Part shown: positions 21,004 through 28,111 of the stretch, in pieces | How the letters are laid out: each line of letters begins with the position of its first letter | How positions within the stretch are numbered: the stretch's first letter is position 1 | Source: a virus | Virus record (IMG/VR): IMGVR_UViG_3300034374_004935 | Location: 1 to 64,000 of that record | Length of the DNA stretch: 64,000 nucleotides | Direction: 5' to 3' (one strand) | Position numbers and translations under genes: made by a program | Notes under the pieces: generated by a model | Seen by the model: the letters and a program-made list of their open reading frames with translations, nothing else | Database searches by the model: none | What the model was told of the DNA's origin: nothing

Positions 21004-21169
21004 TGTTTATTAAATAACATTTCATTATTACTTTGTCAGGGCCTAAGAATAATTTAGAATAAAAGAATTTATTCTGCTGTCTACAATAATCCTTAAATCT
21101 ATCTTCTAAGACCCGTGACTTTTCTAATATTTCTCCCAGATCCTCTGACCTTAATTCTCCAATTTCCAT
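20972..21169 (-). CDS. hypothetical protein
   Basis: 65-aa ORF translationally coupled to the upstream gene. Confidence 0.5.
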   Translation of the reverse strand: MEIGELRSEDLGEILEKSRVLEDRFKDYCRQQNKFFYSKLFLGPDKVIMKCYLINNEDSREIKSS

Positions 21170-21435
21170 CAGTAATCCTCTTTTAATTCATCTGATAATG
21201 TGTATTTGCCTCTTGATATCTTAACTAGCAGTTTTCTTTCAGTCAATGAGCTTAACATCTTTTCAAGAGCAGCTCTAGAGATATTCAACTCGTCACAGAT
21301 CTCTTGTTTGTTTACACCGTCACTGTACCAAACCTCATTAGGCATTTGTCGTATTATATAGAATAATGCATGGAAACTTCTGTCTTTAGACTTTAGAAGA
21401 ATACTGTCATTAGTATCTAGGCTAACACATATCAT
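21169..21435 (-). CDS. winged-HTH protein
   Basis: KQEICDELNISRAALEKMLSSLTERKLLVKISRGKYTL is a classic wHTH pattern. Confidence 0.75.
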   Translation of the reverse strand: MICVSLDTNDSILLKSKDRSFHALFYIIRQMPNEVWYSDGVNKQEICDELNISRAALEKMLSSLTERKLLVKISRGKYTLSDELKEDY

Positions 21436-21439
21436 AACG

Positions 21440-21447
21440 CAAATATA
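21440..21447 (-). promoter_or_regulatory. Bacteroidota-type -7 box (TATATTTG), 4 nt before ATG
   Basis: TAnnTTTG consensus with TTG about 20 bp upstream. Confidence 0.6.
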
Positions 21448-21492
21448 ATAATTTTATAATAACTTGTACAATATTATTAATTATTATAATAT

Positions 21493-22008
21493 TTATATAA
21501 AAGGATGAAATACATTAAATACTTCTTTATCGATGGTTTTTCTTTTTCTAGCTATGTATGGGTTTAACATGTAGATTACTCTAACCTCATCTCTAATTTT
21601 TCCTTTAAGCTGATAGATTACTCCTACTTTCATAAGCTTACTAAGTAACTTTAGAAACATAGCCTTAGAACTATAGTTTAAAAACTTCTGTAGTGACTTA
21701 TTGCTATGAGGCTGTGAGCCATTCCACACTATATTTAGAGGCGTTTTAAGATCTGTAGCCATCATAAGCATAGAATTAATCTCTGTACGTGATAACTCAT
21801 TAGATAAATACTTAACTGTTTTAGCATCTAGTACAATATAATCGTCAGAAGTAATGACTACCATCTCTCCTTCTTCTGTTATATTAACTGACATCTTATC
21901 TTTACCAAGTTCTGATGATAATAATTCACCAGTCTCTGCGTTTACATACTTACCCACATCAAACTGTTGTTTCTTAGTACTGCGCTTCTTAATTATTCTG
22001 TTTCCCAT
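21493..22008 (-). CDS. RepL-like winged-helix protein
   Basis: YVNAETGE N-terminus and LxKLMKxGVI...YMLNPYI C-terminus resemble RepL-family proteins, which are known in crAss-like phages. Confidence 0.6.
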   Translation of the reverse strand: MGNRIIKKRSTKKQQFDVGKYVNAETGELLSSELGKDKMSVNITEEGEMVVITSDDYIVLDAKTVKYLSNELSRTEINSMLMMATDLKTPLNIVWNGSQPHSNKSLQKFLNYSSKAMFLKLLSKLMKVGVIYQLKGKIRDEVRVIYMLNPYIARKRKTIDKEVFNVFHPFI

Positions 22009-22012
22009 AATA

Positions 22013-22020
22013 CAAAGATA
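22013..22020 (-). promoter_or_regulatory. Bacteroidota-type -7 box (TATCTTTG), 4 nt before ATG
   Basis: TAnnTTTG consensus. Confidence 0.6.
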
Positions 22021-22041
22021 TTATAAATATATTACAATAAC

Positions 22042-22100
22042 TAGTACAAAAGTACTATTTTTAGTACCTATAGGGCGTTTTAGGTACTATTTTTAGTACC
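22042..22100. repeat. 17-bp direct repeat GTACTATTTTTAGTACC x2, internally palindromic (operator/iteron-like)
   Basis: Copies at 22052-22068 and 22084-22100, plus an extra TAGTAC half-site at 22042-22047. Confidence 0.8.
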
Positions 22101-22318
22101 ACCCTAAATCCTCTGTGTGTCAGTAGTAGTCTAGTCTATAGCCTGATATTTTATTTTTTACACTTATTCTTATTTGGTAGTCTTTTTCTAATTGGTGAAT
22201 ATACCCCCCGTATTTTTATATGAGCTATAAAATTTTGTAAGAGTGGTAACTAGCACAGTCAACGACCTGGGTTGAAAGTGAGCGGGGGCAAACCATTCCC
22301 TACGTTCAATTTTCAATT

Positions 22319-22585
22319 ATGGCAAAAGCTAAAAAAGCAAAGATTAAATTCCAACGTTTTGTTGAATCCTCTAAGGGCACGCGAATGTTGATGTTCTCTA
22401 AAGTCACGGGAGATGAAGTCGTGGCTTCTCAATGTCTAACGGGATTCGAGTTCGTCTTGGACGGTGTTACTCAAGCGAAAGCTGAGCAGTACGGCAAGTC
22501 CAAGGAGGATTGGAGCGACGAGTTGGACATCATCCCACAGGAGTACGATGGTCGTGTCGTGGGCAAGGTGGTGCGTATCAAATGA
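22319..22585 (+). CDS. hypothetical protein, first gene of the plus-strand early region
   Basis: 88 aa, GC-rich, followed by a terminator. Confidence 0.7.
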   Translation: MAKAKKAKIKFQRFVESSKGTRMLMFSKVTGDEVVASQCLTGFEFVLDGVTQAKAEQYGKSKEDWSDELDIIPQEYDGRVVGKVVRIK

Positions 22586-22597
22586 TGCGTACCACAC

Positions 22598-22630
22598 GAG
22601 TGTTAGTTATCTGACACTCTTTTCTCTTTC
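22598..22630 (+). terminator. intrinsic terminator
   Basis: gagtgttag-ttat-ctgacactc followed by tttttctcttt. Confidence 0.7.
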
Positions 22631-22752
22631 TGTCTTCATCATAATAGTAAGGATCTTCACGCAGGTGATAGCGCTGTGAACATCTAGAATGGATCTATTA
22701 TGATGAAGAAATAATCTTTTAGTTTAATAATAACATAATTACTTATAACATT

Positions 22753-22821
22753 ATGTATCAGTTAGTCATTATTGATGGAGTTCTAACGGAGTTAGACAAC
22801 ATCGCCAACCCTAATGCTTAA
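22753..22821 (+). CDS. possible 22-aa micro-ORF
   Basis: MYQLVIIDGVLTELDNIANPNA*, with an AT-rich leader and a downstream hairpin (gagccatagcgat/attgttatggctc). Confidence 0.35.
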   Translation: MYQLVIIDGVLTELDNIANPNA

Positions 22822-22883
22822 AGCATTGATGAGCCATAGCGATTTATATTGTTATGGCTCAATTTTATAATTACCTGTAGTAT

Positions 22884-23015
22884 CATAAGAATAGGGTCTA
22901 AAATCAGGAGACAATGCTATCTTATGTTTCGCTTTTGGCAATGAGCGACAAGTTAGGCATACTAAATATAGCTTCGGCTTTAGTATGTAGTATCCTATTG
23001 GTGGAGCTGACTAAC
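22884..23015 (+). ncRNA. putative structured ncRNA
   Basis: Consecutive stems cataagaatag/ctatcttatg and tcgctt/gagcga, then gttag/ctaac enclosing gcatactaa/ttagtatgt capped by a C(UUCG)G tetraloop. Confidence 0.45.
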
Positions 23016-23058
23016 CTAATCATTGCCTTTTTTATTTTATAACTTAATACATATTATT

Positions 23059-23289
23059 ATGACTGTTTTCAATACAATAAAAAAAGCTGAACACTACGTT
23101 GATTATAAAAACAAAAGTAAAGGTGTTCGTAATCATAATTGGTTCAGCGGATATATGTGGCAATATCTTGAGTATAAAATTGATTATGATAATAAACGTG
23201 TCATTAAAATGGGCGGATCTGATGGTTGTGGTTGTGGATGTGATATGTATACTTTTCATTATCGTGAAGTAGTTGGTAGAATTAAATAA
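23059..23289 (+). CDS. hypothetical protein (likely start MTVFNT)
   Basis: ORF track 23023..23289; contains GCGCGC motif. Confidence 0.55.
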   Translation: MTVFNTIKKAEHYVDYKNKSKGVRNHNWFSGYMWQYLEYKIDYDNKRVIKMGGSDGCGCGCDMYTFHYREVVGRIK

Positions 23290-23299
23290 ATTAATAATT

Positions 23300-23416
23300 A
23301 TGAAAAAGATTGTAGTAACACAACAAGAAATTCAAGAGGCTTGCAAAAAGCAAGTCTATCGTGATAAGTCTAAGTACTATCGCAAGAAGAAGCATAAAAA
23401 TGGCAGTACCACATAG
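23300..23416 (+). CDS. 38-aa basic peptide with ArfA-like C-terminal motif (absent from ORF track)
   Basis: MKKIVVTQQEIQEACKKQVYRDKSKYYRKKKHKNGSTT*; the stop codon lies inside the downstream tRNA-like element. Confidence 0.6.
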   Translation: MKKIVVTQQEIQEACKKQVYRDKSKYYRKKKHKNGSTT

Positions 23417-23473
23417 GAATGATAGCTCTTATGATGGGTCTGGAATGTATAGGTTCGAATCCTATTACTGCCA
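23402..23473 (+). tRNA. atypical tRNA-like element (reduced D arm, weak anticodon stem, nominal anticodon ATG)
   Basis: Acceptor GGCAGTA/TACTGCC and T arm ATAGG-TTCGAAT-CCTAT are perfect; D arm only CAT-AGGA-ATG; no encoded CCA. Confidence 0.6.
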
Positions 23474-23479
23474 CTAAAT

Positions 23480-23642
23480 CATTTACTGCTGAATGGTAAA
23501 TGTATAGTACACAAGAATGTTAAGAATTGAATTTCTTGTATCAATAGATCTGTAAATTAAGAAGCACACTCTATACTTATTTAATTAAGAATGATATCGA
23601 CTCCAGATGAGCATGAATTCCTGGATAGTTCTTGTGTACTAT
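23480..23642 (+). ncRNA. putative structured ncRNA closed by a 14-bp inverted repeat
   Basis: atagtacacaagaa (23504-23517) / ttcttgtgtactat (23629-23642) with internal hairpins, preceded by catttac/gtaaatg. Confidence 0.45.
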
Positions 23643-23675
23643 TAAACTGTAATTATAAATTAAAAATCATATATT

Positions 23676-24107
23676 ATGAACATTTTAAATCGAAAGTTTA
23701 CATTAAGCATAACAACTTTTCCTATTATAGGATTAGCAATTGGAAGAACTTCTTATAAAAAAGTAGATTCTACAAGAAAAGCAATTAAAACTACAACGTT
23801 TTTACTACACATTATATGTTTTAGTATAGAACTTAGTTCTAAAAAACTTATTGCTAGACAAGAAAACGAATTTATTCCTAAAAAGAAAACAAAGAAAAAG
23901 ACATTTATAGCTAAATTGATAGCTATGATTACTTTATTTTGCGGTCTTATGGCAGGAACAGCTTTGTATGAAGCTGCTAGACCTAGTACCGATATTTATG
24001 GAGCAAATGCTTTGATAATGGTATCAGTATTATTTACAACATTGTTTATAGTATTAGGAATATCTTATCTTTCTATGGATCCAAATGAAAAGTATAAATA
24101 TGTTTAG
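23676..24107 (+). CDS. membrane protein
   Basis: 143 aa with two clear C-terminal hydrophobic helices. Confidence 0.65.
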   Translation: MNILNRKFTLSITTFPIIGLAIGRTSYKKVDSTRKAIKTTTFLLHIICFSIELSSKKLIARQENEFIPKKKTKKKTFIAKLIAMITLFCGLMAGTALYEAARPSTDIYGANALIMVSVLFTTLFIVLGISYLSMDPNEKYKYV

Positions 24108-24213
24108 AAAAGAACATAGGTTAGAGTATATAGTGGGAAGCATTTATTTGCTCCTTGTTATACTCTTAGCGAATGACCTGTATGTATTAAATAAAATACT
24201 AAATCTATTTTAA
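24100..24213 (+). CDS. small membrane peptide (absent from ORF track)
   Basis: MFRKEHRLEYIVGSIYLLLVILLANDLYVLNKILNLF*, overlapping the previous stop. Confidence 0.45.
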   Translation: MFRKEHRLEYIVGSIYLLLVILLANDLYVLNKILNLF

Positions 24214-24348
24214 ATCTAACTTCCGAGTTAGGCTCTGTAAAGTCAGGGGTATTAAGCAGACAAACAAGGTATGGTGTCATCATCGCATGAATAAAACCTA
24301 CTAAGACATCTAGCGCACCTTGTTATTTTATTTATTTAAATCAAAATT

Positions 24349-24609
24349 ATGTTATTAAAATTAATCTTTACCCATTTATTGGGTCTAGGTATAGTCACGC
24401 CTATGAATGAGAAAAATGATGACCGCGATTTGTATTATCTTTATGTAATAAAAGATAAAACAGCTGAAGTATTTGTCTATGAACATTGCTACGAAGAAGA
24501 AATATTATATTATATTCAAACTAATGGAAACTTCCAGTATAATGAATGTTTTAGATTAGTAGATAATGAAGTTGTAGATGACTGTAGAATAGTAGCTAAT
24601 ACTGAATGA
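24349..24609 (+). CDS. hypothetical protein
   Basis: 86-aa ORF with an A-rich leader. Confidence 0.6.
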   Translation: MLLKLIFTHLLGLGIVTPMNEKNDDRDLYYLYVIKDKTAEVFVYEHCYEEEILYYIQTNGNFQYNECFRLVDNEVVDDCRIVANTE

Positions 24610-25235
24610 TTATGAAAAATATATTGCTTATAGTAATGATGGGAATAGGATTGATATCTTATTCCCAATCTTCCATTGATTGGGGAGAATACGAAAAATC
24701 AAAAATCAGTAAAGTATGTGCAAATGCTAAATGGCAGACTACACAAAATGTAACTTATGATGGAAGCTATAGAATTATAGATTATCCTTGGGGAGATGTT
24801 CCTGAGAATATTGGTGTATGTACTGATGTAATTATTAGAGCTTTTAGAGCTGTTGGTATAGATTTACAAGAACACGTACATAAATCTGTAGTTAAAAATC
24901 ATAAATATTATTATCCTAAACCTAAACCAGGATATGGATTGAAACCTGATGCTAATATTGATCACAGACGTGTAAAAATATTACATAAATATTTTAAATT
25001 ACATTTTCCTGAAGCTGAATTAGGACTATATGACACTTGGATGCCAGGTGATGTAATAATTTGGCAGGATTGGCATATTGGTATACTAATTGACGAAAAG
25101 GTTGAAGATACTGATAGATATTATTGTGTTCACAATATGGGATTAGGACCTGTTAAAGAAGATTTATATTACGATGTAATTGTTCCTAGTGAATATAATA
25201 TAAAAGTGTTTAGAGTTTTAAAATTTTATTTATGA
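24606..25235 (+). CDS. DUF1287/YijF-family secreted protein (NlpC/P60-like)
   Basis: Signal peptide; YDGSY..IDYPxGDVP..GVCTDVIIRAFR..GIDLQ, DxNIDHRRV, PGDVIIW..HIGI and HNMG motifs. Confidence 0.85.
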   Translation: MIMKNILLIVMMGIGLISYSQSSIDWGEYEKSKISKVCANAKWQTTQNVTYDGSYRIIDYPWGDVPENIGVCTDVIIRAFRAVGIDLQEHVHKSVVKNHKYYYPKPKPGYGLKPDANIDHRRVKILHKYFKLHFPEAELGLYDTWMPGDVIIWQDWHIGILIDEKVEDTDRYYCVHNMGLGPVKEDLYYDVIVPSEYNIKVFRVLKFYL

Positions 25236-25360
25236 TTGAAGAGAGAAGTTATTTGTATACGTACTATAGAAATGGAGAAGAATTTGTAACTACTAATAGA
25301 GATGTAGCTTACATTAGAACGGATGAGCCTGATAATATTACTGCTCGTCTTATTGTTTAA
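25232..25360 (+). CDS. small hypothetical protein (absent from ORF track)
   Basis: MIEERSYLYTYYRNGEEFVTTNRDVAYIRTDEPDNITARLIV*, with ATGA overlap to the previous gene. Confidence 0.5.
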   Translation: MIEERSYLYTYYRNGEEFVTTNRDVAYIRTDEPDNITARLIV

Positions 25361-25376
25361 TTTAAATTTTCGAAAA

Positions 25377-25544
25377 ATGAAAAATTTAGTTATGAAAAAT
25401 CCAGCAGTTGTTGTTATTAGCTGGTTTGCAATTATATTTATAGTTGCAAGTTTATTGACATCGTGTGGTACAGGATATGTAACATGTGATGCATACGGTG
25501 ACTCTGGGGAGAGTGTCACAGTATTGGAAGATGATAACGTTTAA
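25377..25544 (+). CDS. small lipoprotein
   Basis: Basic-hydrophobic signal followed by LLTS-C lipobox, then GYVTCDAY. Confidence 0.65.
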   Translation: MKNLVMKNPAVVVISWFAIIFIVASLLTSCGTGYVTCDAYGDSGESVTVLEDDNV

Positions 25545-25572
25545 TTTATTATCTTAGTACTTATAGTACAGA

Positions 25573-25604
25573 AAGACCTAGGAGTAAAATCCTAGGTCTT
25601 ATTT
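25573..25604 (+). terminator. perfect 11-bp hairpin, terminator-like
   Basis: aagacctagga-gtaaaa-tcctaggtctt-attt. Confidence 0.6.
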
Positions 25605-25618
25605 AAAAACTTGATACT

Positions 25619-25867
25619 ATGTTGATATATCAATATAAAATAACAGCAGTATTAGACGACTCCCACGTAATAATAGTAAATCTATTTACAGAATCGGATA
25701 TGGAAAATAATATCCTAGAAAAAGAAAACTATATGATGAATCTATTAGACGAAGGTCTAATACCTGAAGAAATCGAATTTGAAAAAGTTGGAACCTTTGA
25801 TAGTTCCAGTAAATATTTCCAGTTAGCATGCCAAGGAATAATGCGTGCTGTTGAATACCCTAACTAA
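25619..25867 (+). CDS. hypothetical acidic protein
   Basis: 82-aa ORF. Confidence 0.55.
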   Translation: MLIYQYKITAVLDDSHVIIVNLFTESDMENNILEKENYMMNLLDEGLIPEEIEFEKVGTFDSSSKYFQLACQGIMRAVEYPN

Positions 25868-25895
25868 ATTTTTAAGTTTAAAGTTGAGGTAGGTA

Positions 25896-25986
25896 AGCCA
25901 AGTAGTTTAACGGTAAAACATATACACAAAAAATGGTAAATAAAGTTTTGTTGTATAAATTTTAGGTTCGAGTCCTAATTTGGCTT
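25896..25986 (+). tRNA. tRNA-like element with expanded anticodon arm
   Basis: Acceptor AGCCAAG/TTTGGCT, T8A9, D arm GTTT-AACGGTA-AAAC, T arm TTAGG-TTCGAGT-CCTAA; anticodon stem TATAC/GTATA encloses 27 nt instead of 7. Confidence 0.7.
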
Positions 25987-26183
25987 CGATATACTTGAAA
26001 GACCATACATTGAATTGAGTCTTTAGTATAACATTTTAATAAGCTATTGCTATTAGCATCGTCAAAAAAATAATAGTAGGCAATTGTATAAGTATGTGTG
26101 AACTTATACTCTTATGGACTTTATAAGTCTGATCTAAAACACACAAAAATCTATATTTATTAATTATTAAAAACTATCCAAAA

Positions 26184-26699
26184 ATGGACAAGATTGTTTT
26201 AGAAAGCGCCAGAGGCGTAAGAAATGGAAAAGTACAATTAACTTTTTCTCAAATTGTTAACACAGGAGTTGCTCCTAAAAATGTACTAGGTTTACTTAAT
26301 GCATCAGATGACAGATTTAACCAACAAAAACCAAGATATGCTTGGGTTACTGGTCAAAAGTCTGATATCGAAAAGCAGTTTGGTATTAGCCTAGAAGGAT
26401 TAAGTGAGGGTGATACATTGGAAATAGGTCAAGTTGATCCTCGTTTAGCAGCTCACCCTGATGTAGCTCTTAATATTCAAATTACAGAGTCTACTGAAGG
26501 TTCAGAATATGATGTGGCTAACTTTGAAACTCGTGCAAAACGAGCTGGAAAAGATGGTGACTTCATTATGTTTGACGGAATGTATATTTATGTAACGTCA
26601 AGTGTAGTTGCTGGTGAACCACAACACAAAGTTTATTCGGAAACTACTCGTAAAGCACCAAGTGCGGGTGCTGCAATTGCAGATGCACTTAACGGGTAA
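26184..26699 (+). CDS. hypothetical protein, probably highly expressed
   Basis: 171 aa with an A-rich leader and a strong downstream terminator. Confidence 0.7.
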   Translation: MDKIVLESARGVRNGKVQLTFSQIVNTGVAPKNVLGLLNASDDRFNQQKPRYAWVTGQKSDIEKQFGISLEGLSEGDTLEIGQVDPRLAAHPDVALNIQITESTEGSEYDVANFETRAKRAGKDGDFIMFDGMYIYVTSSVVAGEPQHKVYSETTRKAPSAGAAIADALNG

Positions 26700-26723
26700 T
26701 AGCCTATAAACTATTTATTGGAC

Positions 26724-26760
26724 AAAGACAGAGTTCTCAGGAGCTCTGTCTTTTTTTGTT
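26724..26760 (+). terminator. intrinsic terminator
   Basis: aaagacagagttc-tcag-gagctctgtcttt followed by a T run. Confidence 0.8.
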
Positions 26761-26782
26761 TTAAGTAAAAAATTTAACCTTA

Positions 26783-26980
26783 ATGTTTATGAATAAGAAT
26801 AATAAAACCTCTCAAAAAATTGCTAATGATATTATCACAGATTTAGCAGATATAGCAGAAATAATAGATGAAATCCAAGCTGAAATGGATAAAAATAAAG
26901 CTGATTTATATGATAAAATAAATCAAGTTGATGAAGAACCAGATTATGAATGGCTAAGTGATGTAGCAAGAGGTAGATAA
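26783..26980 (+). CDS. hypothetical acidic protein
   Basis: 65-aa ORF. Confidence 0.55.
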   Translation: MFMNKNNKTSQKIANDIITDLADIAEIIDEIQAEMDKNKADLYDKINQVDEEPDYEWLSDVARGR

Positions 26981-26981
26981 T

Positions 26982-27197
26982 ATGGCAAGATATGAATATA
27001 AGTGTTCAGAATGTGAAGAAATAGAAGTGTTCGATGAACATCCTAAAGCTCTTACAGAATGTATAGAGTGTAATGGAGAATTAAGATTACTATCTGTAGA
27101 TAGTAGTTATCAATGGGAGTGCTCCGAATGTGGAGCTCCCGTTGATAAGATGAACGAAGTATGTAGTAATAACTGTTTTAAAGCAATGATGAGATGA
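26982..27197 (+). CDS. double Zn-ribbon protein (FmdB-like N-terminus)
   Basis: MARYEYKCSEC...CIEC then CSECG...CSNNC. Confidence 0.7.
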   Translation: MARYEYKCSECEEIEVFDEHPKALTECIECNGELRLLSVDSSYQWECSECGAPVDKMNEVCSNNCFKAMMR

Positions 27198-27445
27198 AAA
27201 TAACAGATTTAAAAGTAGAAAAAATAGTAATACAAGCTCACATAAATACTTTAGTGAGCTATTACGAAAAAAGATTACCTGAAATAGAACAGGAATATGA
27301 AAAAGCAACAAAAGAAGGAGCATCAATAGCTGCTTCTATAGGTAGTTTAGCAGGTTCTTATAAAGCTTGTAGTGAAGCTATGTTAATAGAATTAAAAGAA
27401 ATTAAACAAAGATTAGAAAAACTAAATAAAGATGAAGTCGGATAA
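27194..27445 (+). CDS. hypothetical protein
   Basis: 83 aa, ATGA-coupled to the previous gene. Confidence 0.55.
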   Translation: MKITDLKVEKIVIQAHINTLVSYYEKRLPEIEQEYEKATKEGASIAASIGSLAGSYKACSEAMLIELKEIKQRLEKLNKDEVG

Positions 27446-27881
27446 TTATAAATTAGAAGATATTATTAAAGAATTTCAAAAAATAAATACTTCTTCACGT
27501 TTACGTGAATTAGTAGATAAAAGATCTTACTTAATAGCATTAATGTATTTTAAATTCGGATTAAAAGAAGAAAAAATAGCTAGTAAAGTAAATATTAGTC
27601 GTGCTAAAGTACAATATAATAAGCATTTACCTGCAAAATATAAAGGTCAGCCTGATTATATGTATAATATAGAAAGTCTTGCATTAAAATATCCTTTTGA
27701 ATTTCCTCCTTATAAAGTAAAAAAGAAGAAAAGAAATGGAGATTTTGTTAAAGTAAGATTTACTAATGATCAAAGAAATAAATTAGTAGAAATTCGTAAA
27801 GAATTAGAACATACTGATGTAGCTATAACAATCAGATATTTAATAAGAAAAGCATTAAAAGATAAGATATGGGAAAAATGA
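27432..27881 (+). CDS. putative DNA-binding protein (HTH plus RHH-like C-terminus)
   Basis: LKEEKIASKVNISRAKVQY HTH-like segment; VKVRFT...L......IRYLIRKAL RHH-like segment. Confidence 0.5.
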   Translation: MKSDNYKLEDIIKEFQKINTSSRLRELVDKRSYLIALMYFKFGLKEEKIASKVNISRAKVQYNKHLPAKYKGQPDYMYNIESLALKYPFEFPPYKVKKKKRNGDFVKVRFTNDQRNKLVEIRKELEHTDVAITIRYLIRKALKDKIWEK

Positions 27882-28111
27882 AAGATTTGCATATAGATAT
27901 ATGTAACGCAAATAATGGGGAAATACCTAAAAATTTAACTTTAGATGATGCTGTATTAATGCGTAAATGGAATATATATAACTGGGAAGATTTTCAAGAA
28001 AAATGTAAAGAATATTCTTGTATGGGAGATTTTGTTATAGAACAATATTTTGAAAAGTTTGATGTATATGAAGATTTGAGATCTTCAAAAGATGAGTTAG
28101 ATAAATTTTAA
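27869..28111 (+). CDS. hypothetical protein
   Basis: 80-aa ORF. Confidence 0.55.
   Translation: MGKMKDLHIDICNANNGEIPKNLTLDDAVLMRKWNIYNWEDFQEKCKEYSCMGDFVIEQYFEKFDVYEDLRSSKDELDKF

Noticed and set aside
22042-22100. Mini-CRISPR array
   Set aside because: Only two 17-bp copies with a 15-bp spacer; too short, and no cas genes.
23402-23473. Functional tRNA-His or tmRNA
   Set aside because: Lacks G-1/C73, T8 and a proper D arm, and the anticodon stem is weak; no G3-U70 pair or tag reading frame for tmRNA.
23504-23642. Retron msr-msd (a1/a2 inverted repeats)
   Set aside because: No reverse transcriptase in the window and no long msd stem; kept only as a generic structured RNA.
25926-25952. Group I intron in the anticodon loop
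   Set aside because: 27 nt is far too short, and no catalytic core is present.
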